DNA from: Halobacteriota archaeon
GTDB taxonomy: Archaea > Halobacteriota > Syntropharchaeia > DAOWMC01
Direction of reading: 5' to 3'
Assembly (NCBI GenBank): GCA_034190145.1
Contig: JAXHTN010000001.1
Coordinates: forward strand, 1 to 28,651
DNA length: 28,651 nucleotides
Shown: piece by piece, positions 1 through 7,562 of the stretch
How positions within the stretch are numbered: position 1 is the stretch's first letter
Layout: every line of letters begins with the position of its first letter
Program-made: the position numbers and the translations under genes
Notes under the pieces: model-generated
The model's input: only the letters and a program-made list of their open reading frames with translations
Told to the model about the DNA's origin: nothing
Databases searched by the model: none

Positions 1-809
1 GTCGCCGCAAGTGTGCTTCCGGGGTTGAAACCGAACCACCCGAACCAGAGTATGAAGACACCAAGTATCGCCAGGTTCAGATTGTGACCCGGAATCGGGT
101 TTGGTGTACCATCCTTCCTGTATTTTCCGATCCTCGGACCAAGAAGATAAGCACCCGCAAGGGCAACGAAACCCCCTACACCGTGGACGACGCCGGATCC
201 TGCGAAATCGAGTGCACCATACCCACCACCAAGGTTTACCATAAACTCTGATGAGCTGAGCCAACCGCCACCCCATATCCAGTGCCCGTAAATCGGATAT
301 ATCAGTGCGCTGATCAGTATACTGTATATCAGATATGTCCGAAACTTCGTCCTCTCAGCCATCGCACCTGATACAATTGTAGCTGCGGTTGCACAGAAGA
401 CCATCTGGAAGAACCAGAGCATAGATGTGTCAACATCATAGGCATCCCCACCCAAGAAGAAGCCATCAGTCCCATATAAGCCATAAGATGTCGTACCAAA
501 CATTAGTGCGAAACCAATTGCCCAGTAGACAAGTGCACCGGCAGAGAAGTCCATCATATTCTTCATCAGAATGTTTGCCGCATTCTTTGCTCTTGTAAGA
601 CCGGTCTCTACCATGGCAAAACCCGCTTGCATAAACATTACAAGCGCTGCACAGAGGAGCACCCATACATAATTAACAGGAGCATCCGGATTCTCCGCGA
701 GTGTCTCTGCACCACTAGGATCGCCCGCAAGTACGCTGGGTAAAAGGCATAATAACGTACCCAGCACTACCATCACAGTGATCGCAATTTTCGTATTAAC
801 ATTTGTCAT
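1..809 (-). CDS. amt: Ammonium transporter (Amt/Mep/Rh family), 3' end runs off the window
   Basis: Missed by the ORF track. Manual translation from ATG 809: MTNVNTKIAITVMVVLG...VMFMQAGFAMVETGLTRAKNAANILMKN...FFQMVFCATAATIVSGAMAER...HWIWGGGWL...LDFAGSGVVH...ILWFGWFGFNPGS. These are canonical Amt motifs. The frame is open to base 1, and GGTGA SD lies upstream. Confidence 0.96.
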   Translation of the reverse strand, partial: MTNVNTKIAITVMVVLGTLLCLLPSVLAGDPSGAETLAENPDAPVNYVWVLLCAALVMFMQAGFAMVETGLTRAKNAANILMKNMMDFSAGALVYWAIGFALMFGTTSYGLYGTDGFFLGGDAYDVDTSMLWFFQMVFCATAATIVSGAMAERTKFRTYLIYSILISALIYPIYGHWIWGGGWLSSSEFMVNLGGGYGALDFAGSGVVHGVGGFVALAGAYLLGPRIGKYRKDGTPNPIPGHNLNLAILGVFILWFGWFGFNPGSTLAA

Positions 810-819
810 TTTCCAATTC

Positions 820-851
820 ACCAACTATAGGTATCACATTAAACATATAAA
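820..851 (-). promoter_or_regulatory. amt promoter: TATA-like TTTATATG (844-851) and ACC-N7-GGT palindrome (820-832), candidate NrpR-type operator
   Basis: ACC AACTATA GGT lies between the TATA-like box and the start codon. It matches the NrpRI motif as I recall it from Methanosarcina mazei. The motif is short and could be chance. Confidence 0.4.
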
Positions 852-990
852 ACAATATTTGAGATATACTCATAATTATTAAGAAATATTATGAAAAACA
901 GTAATTTTTTAATTTTATTTTGAAACATATGTGAGGATTTTTATTGGCCTGAAGGAGAAAGATGTAGTAAGAAAGATGGTATTAAGACAG

Positions 991-1006
991 AAATTTAAAA
1001 AATAAA
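991..1006 (-). terminator. T-rich tract after tRNA-Ser
   Basis: Minus strand TTTATTTTTTAAATTT directly follows the discriminator base. Confidence 0.4.
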
Positions 1007-1093
1007 CGTCGGGAGGGGGATTCGAACCCCCGTTCCCCCAAGGGGAAACGGTTTAGCAAACCGTCGCCTTAGACCGGGCTGGGCCATCCCGAC
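1007..1093 (-). tRNA. tRNA-Ser(GCT)
   Basis: Acceptor GTCGGGA/TCCCGAC, anticodon arm ACGGT-TTGCTAA-ACCGT, long variable arm TTCCCC-TT-GGGGGAA, GGTTCGAATCC T arm, G73. No encoded CCA. Confidence 0.97.
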
Positions 1094-1094
1094 A

Positions 1095-1121
1095 CAACCT
1101 TATTTTGAAGGCTGGAGAAAC
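1095..1121 (-). repeat. Probable fragment of the tRNA-Thr intron-like element (terminal hairpin)
   Basis: Minus strand GTTTCTC-CAGCCTT-CAAAAT-AAGGTTG versus intron CAACCTT-CAAA-AAGGTTG. It ends 1 nt before the tRNA-Ser 5' end. Confidence 0.4.
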
Positions 1122-1159
1122 ATACGACCACTCTACCGAGGTTAGCCGGTTTAAGAATC

Positions 1160-1537
1160 TTAGTTGAGGACTTTTAGTCCAAGTTCGTTTGCTCTCTTGA
1201 CAATTTCATTCTTCTTCTTAGCGCCAACGGTACCGGATACCCTAACTGCTTGTGTCTTTGGGTCCAAGCCAGTAGTTACCTCCTTGGGGTTTGTTACAAG
1301 CACTTCACTCAATCCACAGGGATGCAGTCCTTTTACTGCTTTTGGACTTCCATACCCTGACTTCACGAGTGCGCCTTTCGCTGAAACATGCCTTCTAAAC
1401 TTGCTCTGAAGACCCCTTGGTCTGCGCCATTTATCATCAAGTTTCTTCTTCTTGTGTGAATCAGTACGTTTGAATGTAGGTTTTTTGCTCTTCTGACGCT
1501 CCCTCACCTTAAGGAGCTTTTTCGTCTCAGAATCCAT
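1160..1537 (-). CDS. rpl32e: 50S ribosomal protein L32e (eL32)
   Basis: KKPTFKRTDSHKKKKLDDKWRRPRGLQSK...GYGSPKAVKGLHPCG motifs; start overlaps the rpl6 stop. Confidence 0.97.
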   Translation of the reverse strand: MDSETKKLLKVRERQKSKKPTFKRTDSHKKKKLDDKWRRPRGLQSKFRRHVSAKGALVKSGYGSPKAVKGLHPCGLSEVLVTNPKEVTTGLDPKTQAVRVSGTVGAKKKNEIVKRANELGLKVLN

Positions 1538-2072
1538 CTCGCGCCCCCTTGCTAACTATATATATCCCATCCTGGAAAACTCTTGGGTCTAGCTTACGAA
1601 TCTTGGTCTTCTGTTCAATGTTAGCTGCTGTCTGACCAACCTCTTCGATATTTACGCCGTAAACTACTACCTCATCACCATCGAGTTCTACTTTTACATC
1701 ACCCATAATCTTGGCATACCGATTCTTCCTCTCCCCAAGGAAGTTTGCAATAGACACTTTCTCATCTGATATCTTGATCTGGATAGGAAAGTGAGCATAA
1801 ACTACCTTTAACCTATACTCGAATCCACACGAGACACCAGTAACCATATTCTGAATGTGAGAAGCATAAGTGCCAACCATGGCTTTAGCCCTCTTTCTGG
1901 TAGACTTTGCGTCGACCTTTACCTGCGAGTCCTCTTTCTCAAGCATGATATCAGGATGCCACAGCCTCCTCTCAATCTTACCCATAGGACCGGAAACTAG
2001 CACCATCCCGCTCTTGAAATCCACGTCCACACCATCAGGGATATCAATGTATTTTGTAATTTCTTTGGGCAT
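1527..2072 (-). CDS. rpl6: 50S ribosomal protein L6 (uL6)
   Basis: VSGPMGKIERRL, YAHFPI, NFLGERKNR, KLDPRVFQDGIY (archaeal L6). Confidence 0.97.
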   Translation of the reverse strand: MPKEITKYIDIPDGVDVDFKSGMVLVSGPMGKIERRLWHPDIMLEKEDSQVKVDAKSTRKRAKAMVGTYASHIQNMVTGVSCGFEYRLKVVYAHFPIQIKISDEKVSIANFLGERKNRYAKIMGDVKVELDGDEVVVYGVNIEEVGQTAANIEQKTKIRKLDPRVFQDGIYIVSKGARDGF

Positions 2073-2082
2073 TTATTCTCTC

Positions 2083-2472
2083 CTAATAGACGAAAGCTAA
2101 CAACCTTCCACCTATTCCTCTCTTTCTTGCTTCATTGTGGGGTATCACGCCTTCGGAGGTGGTAAGGATAAGAACTCCAAAATCTCTAGCCGGTAAAAAC
2201 CTCTTCTCCCATTTCTCATACTCAGTATTAGCTACTGTAGACCTTGGTTTAATAACTCCGCATCTGTTGATTCTACCTATTAATTCAACATTGAATTCGC
2301 CAGCTTTCCCATCTTCGACAAACTCAAACTCTCCTATATACCCACGATCCTGCATAACTTTTAAAACATTCCCTATCAGTTTAGAGGCAGGAACAATCGT
2401 ACACATGGACTTTCCGACACTCTCTGCATTCTTAATCGATGACATAGCGTTTGCAAGGGGATCAAGTAACAT
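2083..2472 (-). CDS. rps8: 30S ribosomal protein S8 (uS8)
   Basis: [17 protein letters not shown]...[21 protein letters not shown]...[13 protein letters not shown]...GGRLLAFVY. Start set at ATG 2472 after a GAGGTG SD. Confidence 0.97.
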   Translation of the reverse strand: MLLDPLANAMSSIKNAESVGKSMCTIVPASKLIGNVLKVMQDRGYIGEFEFVEDGKAGEFNVELIGRINRCGVIKPRSTVANTEYEKWEKRFLPARDFGVLILTTSEGVIPHNEARKRGIGGRLLAFVY

Positions 2473-2496
2473 ATCAATAACACCTCTCAAATAATT

Positions 2497-2655
2497 TCAA
2501 CTATATTTTTCAAATCCCATATCTTTGGCCATCTCTCTGAAGCATTGCCTGCATAGATACAGATCGTACTTCCTGATCAGCCCGTGTTTCCTTCCACACC
2601 TTCTACAAGCGTTTGCTTCGTGCCCGTATCTTATCTTACTCTTCTTCTCGGTCAT
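2497..2655 (-). CDS. rps14: 30S ribosomal protein S14 (uS14, zinc type), 52 aa
   Basis: Missed by the track. [52 protein letters not shown] has CxxC...CxxC. ATGA overlap with the rpl5 stop. Confidence 0.96.
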   Translation of the reverse strand: MTEKKSKIRYGHEANACRRCGRKHGLIRKYDLYLCRQCFREMAKDMGFEKYS

Positions 2656-3164
2656 TCTTTAACCACAACACCATATTCTTCACTCATAAATTCAATTGCA
2701 TCGTCCTTTGTAAGTTTATGACCACTTGGCACCTTTCTACTTTGTATCTTTCTATCTTTAATTCTGTATCCGGGCCTCTTTAGAGATACACACACATCCA
2801 TCCCAAATATCCCAACGTTCGGATCATACTTCATTCCGGCAAAATCGGTATGCTCTTCAATGCCAAATGAAAAACTTCCATTCTTATCGAAATTGGACGG
2901 TTTCAAACTCTTATGATTTATCTCAAGAGCATCTCTTAAAAACTTATCCCCTTTAGCACGCATGAGTGTGACTTTACATCCGATAGCCTCGCCTTTTCTC
3001 ACATCAAAAGCCGTCTTCTTAGCGTAGGTTCTCACTGGCTTCTGCTCAACGATAGACTCCAGTATTGTTTCGGCATTAGCAAGCCTTAGACCTGCTTCAC
3101 CGATACCCATATTAATAACAACTTTATCCAACTTCGGCCATCTCATCGGGTTCTCGTCTTTCAC
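2652..3164 (-). CDS. rpl5: 50S ribosomal protein L5 (uL5)
   Basis: [21 protein letters not shown]...[15 protein letters not shown]...FSFGIEEH...GIFGMDVCV. Likely start is GTG 3164 behind GGTGGAG. The track's TTG 3215 adds non-homologous residues. Confidence 0.95.
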   Translation of the reverse strand: MKDENPMRWPKLDKVVINMGIGEAGLRLANAETILESIVEQKPVRTYAKKTAFDVRKGEAIGCKVTLMRAKGDKFLRDALEINHKSLKPSNFDKNGSFSFGIEEHTDFAGMKYDPNVGIFGMDVCVSLKRPGYRIKDRKIQSRKVPSGHKLTKDDAIEFMSEEYGVVVKE

Positions 3165-3284
3165 TTTCTCCACCACAAACTTTAATACAAAGGTTTGATC
3201 AAAACACCTCACCAATTCCTGGAGAGGATTTGACGTATGGCTCTACCATACGCCGTGTAAATGATAAAACTCTTTCAAGTTTTA
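3165..3284 (-). repeat. Diverged copy of the tRNA-Thr(CGT) intron element upstream of rpl5 (putative 5' leader)
   Basis: 3231-3263 matches 15970-16002 at 28/33 nt. 3165-3205 resembles 15891-15929. Hairpin order and the outer stem are retained. Confidence 0.85.
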
Positions 3285-3290
3285 GTACAT

Positions 3291-3306
3291 ACTTTTATAT
3301 AAAAGT
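3291..3306 (-). promoter_or_regulatory. Perfect 16-bp palindrome ACTTTTATATAAAAGT containing a TATA box; likely promoter of the rpl5 block
   Basis: TTTATATA box directly after the pcn stop, about 130 nt upstream of the rpl5 start. Confidence 0.55.
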
Positions 3307-3309
3307 TTT

Positions 3310-4038
3310 TTATTCTGCTTCTATTCTTGGTGCAAGCAAATACTCGACATTACCTGCATCCCCTGCGATCTTAAATTTTATCTTTACAGGGAAATCCTTA
3401 CCAAGATCTATTATTGCTTCATCTGCTTTTGATATCGGTTTGCTCATATCTTTTAGATATTCAAGAGAGTACAAAGAACGTGCAGGGGCCGATTTTAGAC
3501 TAATGAGTTTGTCTTTGGGTAATTCTAACCTCACCTTGTCAAGATCTCCCTTGGCCTCCATATAGAACATATCTCCTTCAACACCAAGAGCTATATGATC
3601 TGATATCTTCTCTGCCGCACGTACGGCTCTTCTGAACTCATCGCCACTCAGAATAACTTGAGCAGGAAGTTCAAGAGCAGGAATCTTTGGGTCCTTTCTC
3701 AGAGAGGACGGATCAAGAAGAGATATTGCGTAAGTGAGATTAAGGAATCTTACGAGAAGTTTCCCATCATCAGTTTCTATAGAAACATCGTTAGAACCGC
3801 TCATACTTATAATATCATTCAGTTTTACAAGATCAACACCAATTTCTCCATCAGATGCCTCGAAAGAGTTAAAAGCCTCTGAACTTATCTCAAAAGATAC
3901 CATTGCAACATTTGCAGGGTCAACTGCCCTTATAATTATTCCATCGTCTTTGAGCTTGAATCGGGCTTCATCAACAAGTGTTGAAACCACCTCAATCAAC
4001 TCCTTTAATATTCCTGCACTTATTACAGCCTTTAGCAT
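3310..4038 (-). CDS. pcn: DNA polymerase sliding clamp PCNA
   Basis: MLKAVISA..LKELIEVVSTLVDEARF...RAVDPANVAMV...YSLEYLKDM...LGKDFPVKI...YLLAPRIE. Start ATG 4038 preferred; alternative 4053. Confidence 0.97.
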   Translation of the reverse strand: MLKAVISAGILKELIEVVSTLVDEARFKLKDDGIIIRAVDPANVAMVSFEISSEAFNSFEASDGEIGVDLVKLNDIISMSGSNDVSIETDDGKLLVRFLNLTYAISLLDPSSLRKDPKIPALELPAQVILSGDEFRRAVRAAEKISDHIALGVEGDMFYMEAKGDLDKVRLELPKDKLISLKSAPARSLYSLEYLKDMSKPISKADEAIIDLGKDFPVKIKFKIAGDAGNVEYLLAPRIEAE

Positions 4039-4245
4039 ATACTTCCCCACCATGTAAGGAGTGCTTCAACCCCACATATATTTTTCTCATCATCTATCAG
4101 TGACCTCAGAGAAAGTAACCGAGATTAATTATTACAATATAGGATCCATTTAGATAAATAAAGGAAGGAATAGACAGCGAATAATTTCACTTTCACCCCG
4201 CACATGGCAAATTCGTAAGTACTGGAAGATATAGCTTATAATTGA

Positions 4246-4294
4246 GATGTGGTAAGTTCCCTGCTATTTTGTTTCGGGCAACAATCACCACATC
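4246..4294. other. Unexplained intergenic stem-loop
   Basis: GATGTGGT/ACCACATC 8-bp perfect inverted repeat, extended on the minus strand by G-T and A-T pairs and GTT(G)CCC/GGGAAC; 14-nt loop. Confidence 0.35.
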
Positions 4295-4412
4295 CCATTC
4301 CCTCAATTTTACATTACTCCAACGCCAAAATTTTAATGTTTACAAGACAACTAGTATAGATAATATGTAAGAAGGGATGACAACAAGATAAGAATAATCG
4401 GATGGTGAATAC

Positions 4413-5162
4413 ATGGATTTTATAACGATATTATACGAAAAAGAAGATCGGATGGTAAAGATTATCTTTAATAGGCCTGAGAAATTGAACGCTTTGAATG
4501 GGACGATGTGGAAGGAGATCAGATCTGCAATAGAAGATGCCAATGAAGATAAAGATATCGTCGCCATCGTTATCACAGGTTCAGGCAGGGCTTTCTCTGC
4601 AGGAAATGATATCTCAGATTTTGAAGGTTCCATAGGCGACGGATCGGCAGAGAAACTGATCCAAGCAATAGTGAACTCAAAAAAACCTGTGATATCCGCA
4701 GTCAATGGACTTGCTTTTGGTGGTGGATTTGAGATTGTACTGGCCTGTGATATCTCTATTGCATCAGAGAGTTCATCATTCTCATTTCCTGAGCCCAAGC
4801 TTGGTATATTCCCACCATTCGGAATTTGGCTTCTTCCACAGTTGATAGGGGCAAAGAAGGCAAAATATCTTATGCTAACTTCTGATGTGATAGACGGAAA
4901 AGAGGCTGAAAGGCTGGGTCTTGTGAGTTTAGTTGTTCCAGATAACCAATTGGAGACAGCTACAAGAGATATAGTTGAAAAGATAAAGAGGATTGCTCCG
5001 CTTGCAATTGGTGAGATAAAATCCGGAATTGATAGAAATTTAAGTAGTGATGAACTTTCAAAGGCCATTTCATCGGTGGAAAGGCTCTTAGACAGTAAAG
5101 ATTTTAAAGAAGGATCTGAAGCTTTCTTTGACAAGAGAAGCCCTAAATTTAAAGGAGTATAA
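4413..5162 (+). CDS. Enoyl-CoA hydratase/isomerase (crotonase) family protein
   Basis: FNRPEKLNAL, AFSAGNDI, NGLAFGGGFEIVLACD, FPEPKLGIFP. Both catalytic Glu positions are present. Confidence 0.93.
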   Translation: MDFITILYEKEDRMVKIIFNRPEKLNALNGTMWKEIRSAIEDANEDKDIVAIVITGSGRAFSAGNDISDFEGSIGDGSAEKLIQAIVNSKKPVISAVNGLAFGGGFEIVLACDISIASESSSFSFPEPKLGIFPPFGIWLLPQLIGAKKAKYLMLTSDVIDGKEAERLGLVSLVVPDNQLETATRDIVEKIKRIAPLAIGEIKSGIDRNLSSDELSKAISSVERLLDSKDFKEGSEAFFDKRSPKFKGV

Positions 5163-5199
5163 TAGGTAGACCTAACCAGACTTAAAATTCAATCAGAAC

Positions 5200-5448
5200 T
5201 CACTCATCTGGCAGATCACAGATTTTCGATCCAAAGTTTTGTAGCCTAATCTTTCCTTTTCCGGGATCTATCTGGATTAGGTCAAATTCTATCATAAAAT
5301 CGAGAATCTGAGCACTTATCTCATCCGAGATTTCAATATCCTCGATCAATTCTTCCTGACTCGTCCCCTCATCATCCCCTTCTTTGAGGGATTCGAGTAT
5401 TATGTCACAGACATTGCCCAGATTTATTATTTTATTCATTTCGTTCAA
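5200..5448 (-). CDS. Small acidic winged-helix-like protein
   Basis: 82 aa. Helix-turn-helix pattern (SQEELIEDIEISDEISAQILDFMIEFDLI) then a wing (IQIDPGKGKIRLQNFG). GGTGGTG SD upstream. Confidence 0.65.
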   Translation of the reverse strand: MNEMNKIINLGNVCDIILESLKEGDDEGTSQEELIEDIEISDEISAQILDFMIEFDLIQIDPGKGKIRLQNFGSKICDLPDE

Positions 5449-5749
5449 TTATACACCACCTCAATATATTTTAAAGATATCCTCCGGAAGGATCCAATCC
5501 CTCGGATTTGAATAAATTTGCACCCTATCAAACACGCCCTCAAGTATTTTTATATCTTTTTCCAAGCAATACACCAGTATAAACACTTGCAATACCATAC
5601 TTAAATATCATATGATCACTTAATTGATATTTATGTCCATGTAACATAAAATTGATCTCGTTTTTTGACGGTAAAATTTATATTTTTATGGTGTATTATA
5701 CTATAATATAAATGAGTCGCACATTTTTATATGTGGGATCTGGAGTTTT

Positions 5750-5980
5750 ATGTCTCAAAGCAGAATAGAAATTATGATTAAGATACTTGAAGTGGCATTA
5801 AATGAAGCTACCAAAACCAAGATAGCACTTACTGCAAATCTGCGAGAGGAGATGGTTCAGATGTATTTAGGACTTCTGCAGGATGAAGGTTTGTTAGAGT
5901 TTTGGCCGATCAACAACACATATAAAACAACAGATAAAGGAAGGCGCTTGATAAGGAAGGCTCAAAAGGTATTTTCATAA
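5750..5980 (+). CDS. Small winged-helix regulator (HTH_45/ArnR1-like)
   Basis: SRIEIMIKILEVA...ATKTKI...ANL...YLGLLQDEGLL...YKTTDKGRRL pattern typical of this archaeal family. Confidence 0.85.
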   Translation: MSQSRIEIMIKILEVALNEATKTKIALTANLREEMVQMYLGLLQDEGLLEFWPINNTYKTTDKGRRLIRKAQKVFS

Positions 5981-6061
5981 TCCTTTTACTTGACCCCAAC
6001 GACCATTACAAAATGATTTTATATATTGTGATTAAACTAGGCCTAACAAGGAGGGACCAAT

Positions 6062-6856
6062 ATGGATTGGGGAATGAATAATCGTATGTCACGACTGATC
6101 AAATCAAATGGAAGATGCCTCTTTTTACCGATCGATCATGGATACTTTCAAGGGCCAACAAGAAAACTGGAAAAGCCGGGTAAGACGATCGAACCACTCT
6201 TGCCCTACTGTGATGCTTTGTTTGTCACTCGAGGTGTTCTTAGATCCTCGATTGATCCGGTAGATAGTAAACCAATTATTCTTAGAGTCTCAGGTGGGAC
6301 CAGCATGGTAGGAGAAGATCTTGCAAATGAAGGCCTAACCACCTCGATACAGGAGGCTATCAGGCTCAATGTATCTGCTGTGGGAATGTCGATATTTGTT
6401 GGTACAAAATATGAAAAAGAATCTCTACTAAACCTCTCCGAGCTTGTCAACTGGGGTGAGGACTACGGAATACCGGTGATGGCAGTGACTGCCGTTGGTA
6501 AAGAACTTGAAAAGAGAGACGCCAGATATCTTGCACTCTGTAGCAGAATCGCAGCAGAGCTCGGTGCACGTGTTGTCAAGACATATTGGTGCGAGAACTT
6601 TGACAAAGTAGTGGATGGATGTCCTGTTCCGGTAGTGATGGCAGGAGGACCGAAGGTTGATACTGAAAAAGAGGTCTTCGACTTTGTCTTCGACGGCATC
6701 TCAAAGGGTGCAGTCGGCGTAAATCTAGGTAGAAACATATGGCAGAATAAACATCCAGTGCCCATGATTAAAGCCCTCAGAGCCATAATCCATGAAGATG
6801 CCACATCTGATGAGGCAAATGACATCTTTGAGGAGCTCAAGAAGGGTCAAGAGTAA
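6062..6856 (+). CDS. lsrF: LsrF-like 3-hydroxy-5-phosphonooxypentane-2,4-dione thiolase (class I aldolase fold)
   Basis: MDWGM..RMSRL, IDHGYFQGPT, TRGVLRS, LRVSGG, RIAAELGA.VVKTY (catalytic Lys), GCPVPVVMAGG, GVNLGRNIWQ are co-linear with enterobacterial LsrF. AGGAGG SD; TTTTATATAT box upstream. Confidence 0.9.
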   Translation: MDWGMNNRMSRLIKSNGRCLFLPIDHGYFQGPTRKLEKPGKTIEPLLPYCDALFVTRGVLRSSIDPVDSKPIILRVSGGTSMVGEDLANEGLTTSIQEAIRLNVSAVGMSIFVGTKYEKESLLNLSELVNWGEDYGIPVMAVTAVGKELEKRDARYLALCSRIAAELGARVVKTYWCENFDKVVDGCPVPVVMAGGPKVDTEKEVFDFVFDGISKGAVGVNLGRNIWQNKHPVPMIKALRAIIHEDATSDEANDIFEELKKGQE

Positions 6857-6879
6857 ATCTTCTCATTTGAGTGCTACCG

Positions 6880-7539
6880 ATGTCTATTCTGAATAAAGAA
6901 CCGGGTATTATTGTCGCATTTGATATGGAAGATCCTTCCTTTGCAAGGAGTCTAGCACGTGAGTTGAGAGGTGCAAAAGGTAACTTTGCTATAAAGATCG
7001 GAAGGCCACTCGAGATGCAGGTTGGGATCGGTATTACAAGAGAGATTAAGGAGATCTCGGGACTACCGATCATATATGACGGGAAGATTGCGGATATCCC
7101 CTATATAAGTAAGAGGATAGCCGAAAATGCATACGATGCCGGCGCAGATGTCGTTATTGTACACTCATTCGTTGGTAGTGATACCGTAAAAGAACTGATA
7201 GACATCGGTAGAGGCGATGTGATAGTGGTTGTCGAGATGTCACATCCCGGCGCATCAGAATATATGGCAAAGGTCTCGGAAGAGCTGGCAGAAATGGTCC
7301 AAAAGCTTGGTGCTGATGGCGTAGTCCTTCCTGCGACGAGGCCCGAGAGGGTGAAGAGATTATCATCCATCTTCACCGATGCTTATGTGATCTCTCCCGG
7401 TGTAAAGGCACAGGGAGCAAAGGTTGGAGATGCAATAGCAAATGGGGCGGACTACGAGGTTATTGGTAGGGCAATCTATGAAGCCAATGAACCAAAAGAT
7501 GCTGCGGAAGAATTTTACGAGGAGATATCAGAGATATAG
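6880..7539 (+). CDS. pyrF: Orotidine 5'-phosphate decarboxylase
   Basis: IIVAFD, IKIG, DGKIADIP (DxKxxD), VVEMSHPG, PATRPER, SPGVKAQG, VIGRAIY. Start 6880 or 6871. Confidence 0.95.
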   Translation: MSILNKEPGIIVAFDMEDPSFARSLARELRGAKGNFAIKIGRPLEMQVGIGITREIKEISGLPIIYDGKIADIPYISKRIAENAYDAGADVVIVHSFVGSDTVKELIDIGRGDVIVVVEMSHPGASEYMAKVSEELAEMVQKLGADGVVLPATRPERVKRLSSIFTDAYVISPGVKAQGAKVGDAIANGADYEVIGRAIYEANEPKDAAEEFYEEISEI

Positions 7540-7562
7540 ATAAAAGGCAGCATGGTGAAGAG

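Noticed and set aside
466-666. 66-aa Cys-rich ORF from the track
   Set aside because: Out-of-frame shadow inside amt on the same strand.
1-809. amt looks more GC-rich than its neighbours (possible HGT)
   Set aside because: Explained by Gly/Ala-rich membrane protein composition; not quantified.
3165-3215. N-terminal extension of uL5 from TTG 3215
   Set aside because: No homology to uL5. The region is the repeat element read through in frame.
3198-3248. Mini-ORF MVEPYVKSSPGIGEVF in the rpl5 copy, and MAKLYVIYRLRRD from the equivalent ATG in the intron
   Set aside because: The ATG is buried in the conserved stem, and the peptides and frames are not conserved, so the constraint looks structural.
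4070-4215. CTGA...ATGATGA (C/D-like) and GCGGGGTGAAA (FMN-riboswitch-like) snippets upstream of pcn
   Set aside because: No complete C/D arrangement and none of the other FMN riboswitch elements.
4340-5134. 264-aa antisense ORF
   Set aside because: Shadow of the crotonase gene, Ser/Ile-rich with no motifs. The same applies to the other antisense ORFs in the track (for example 7460-8020, 12997-13461, 26066-26545).
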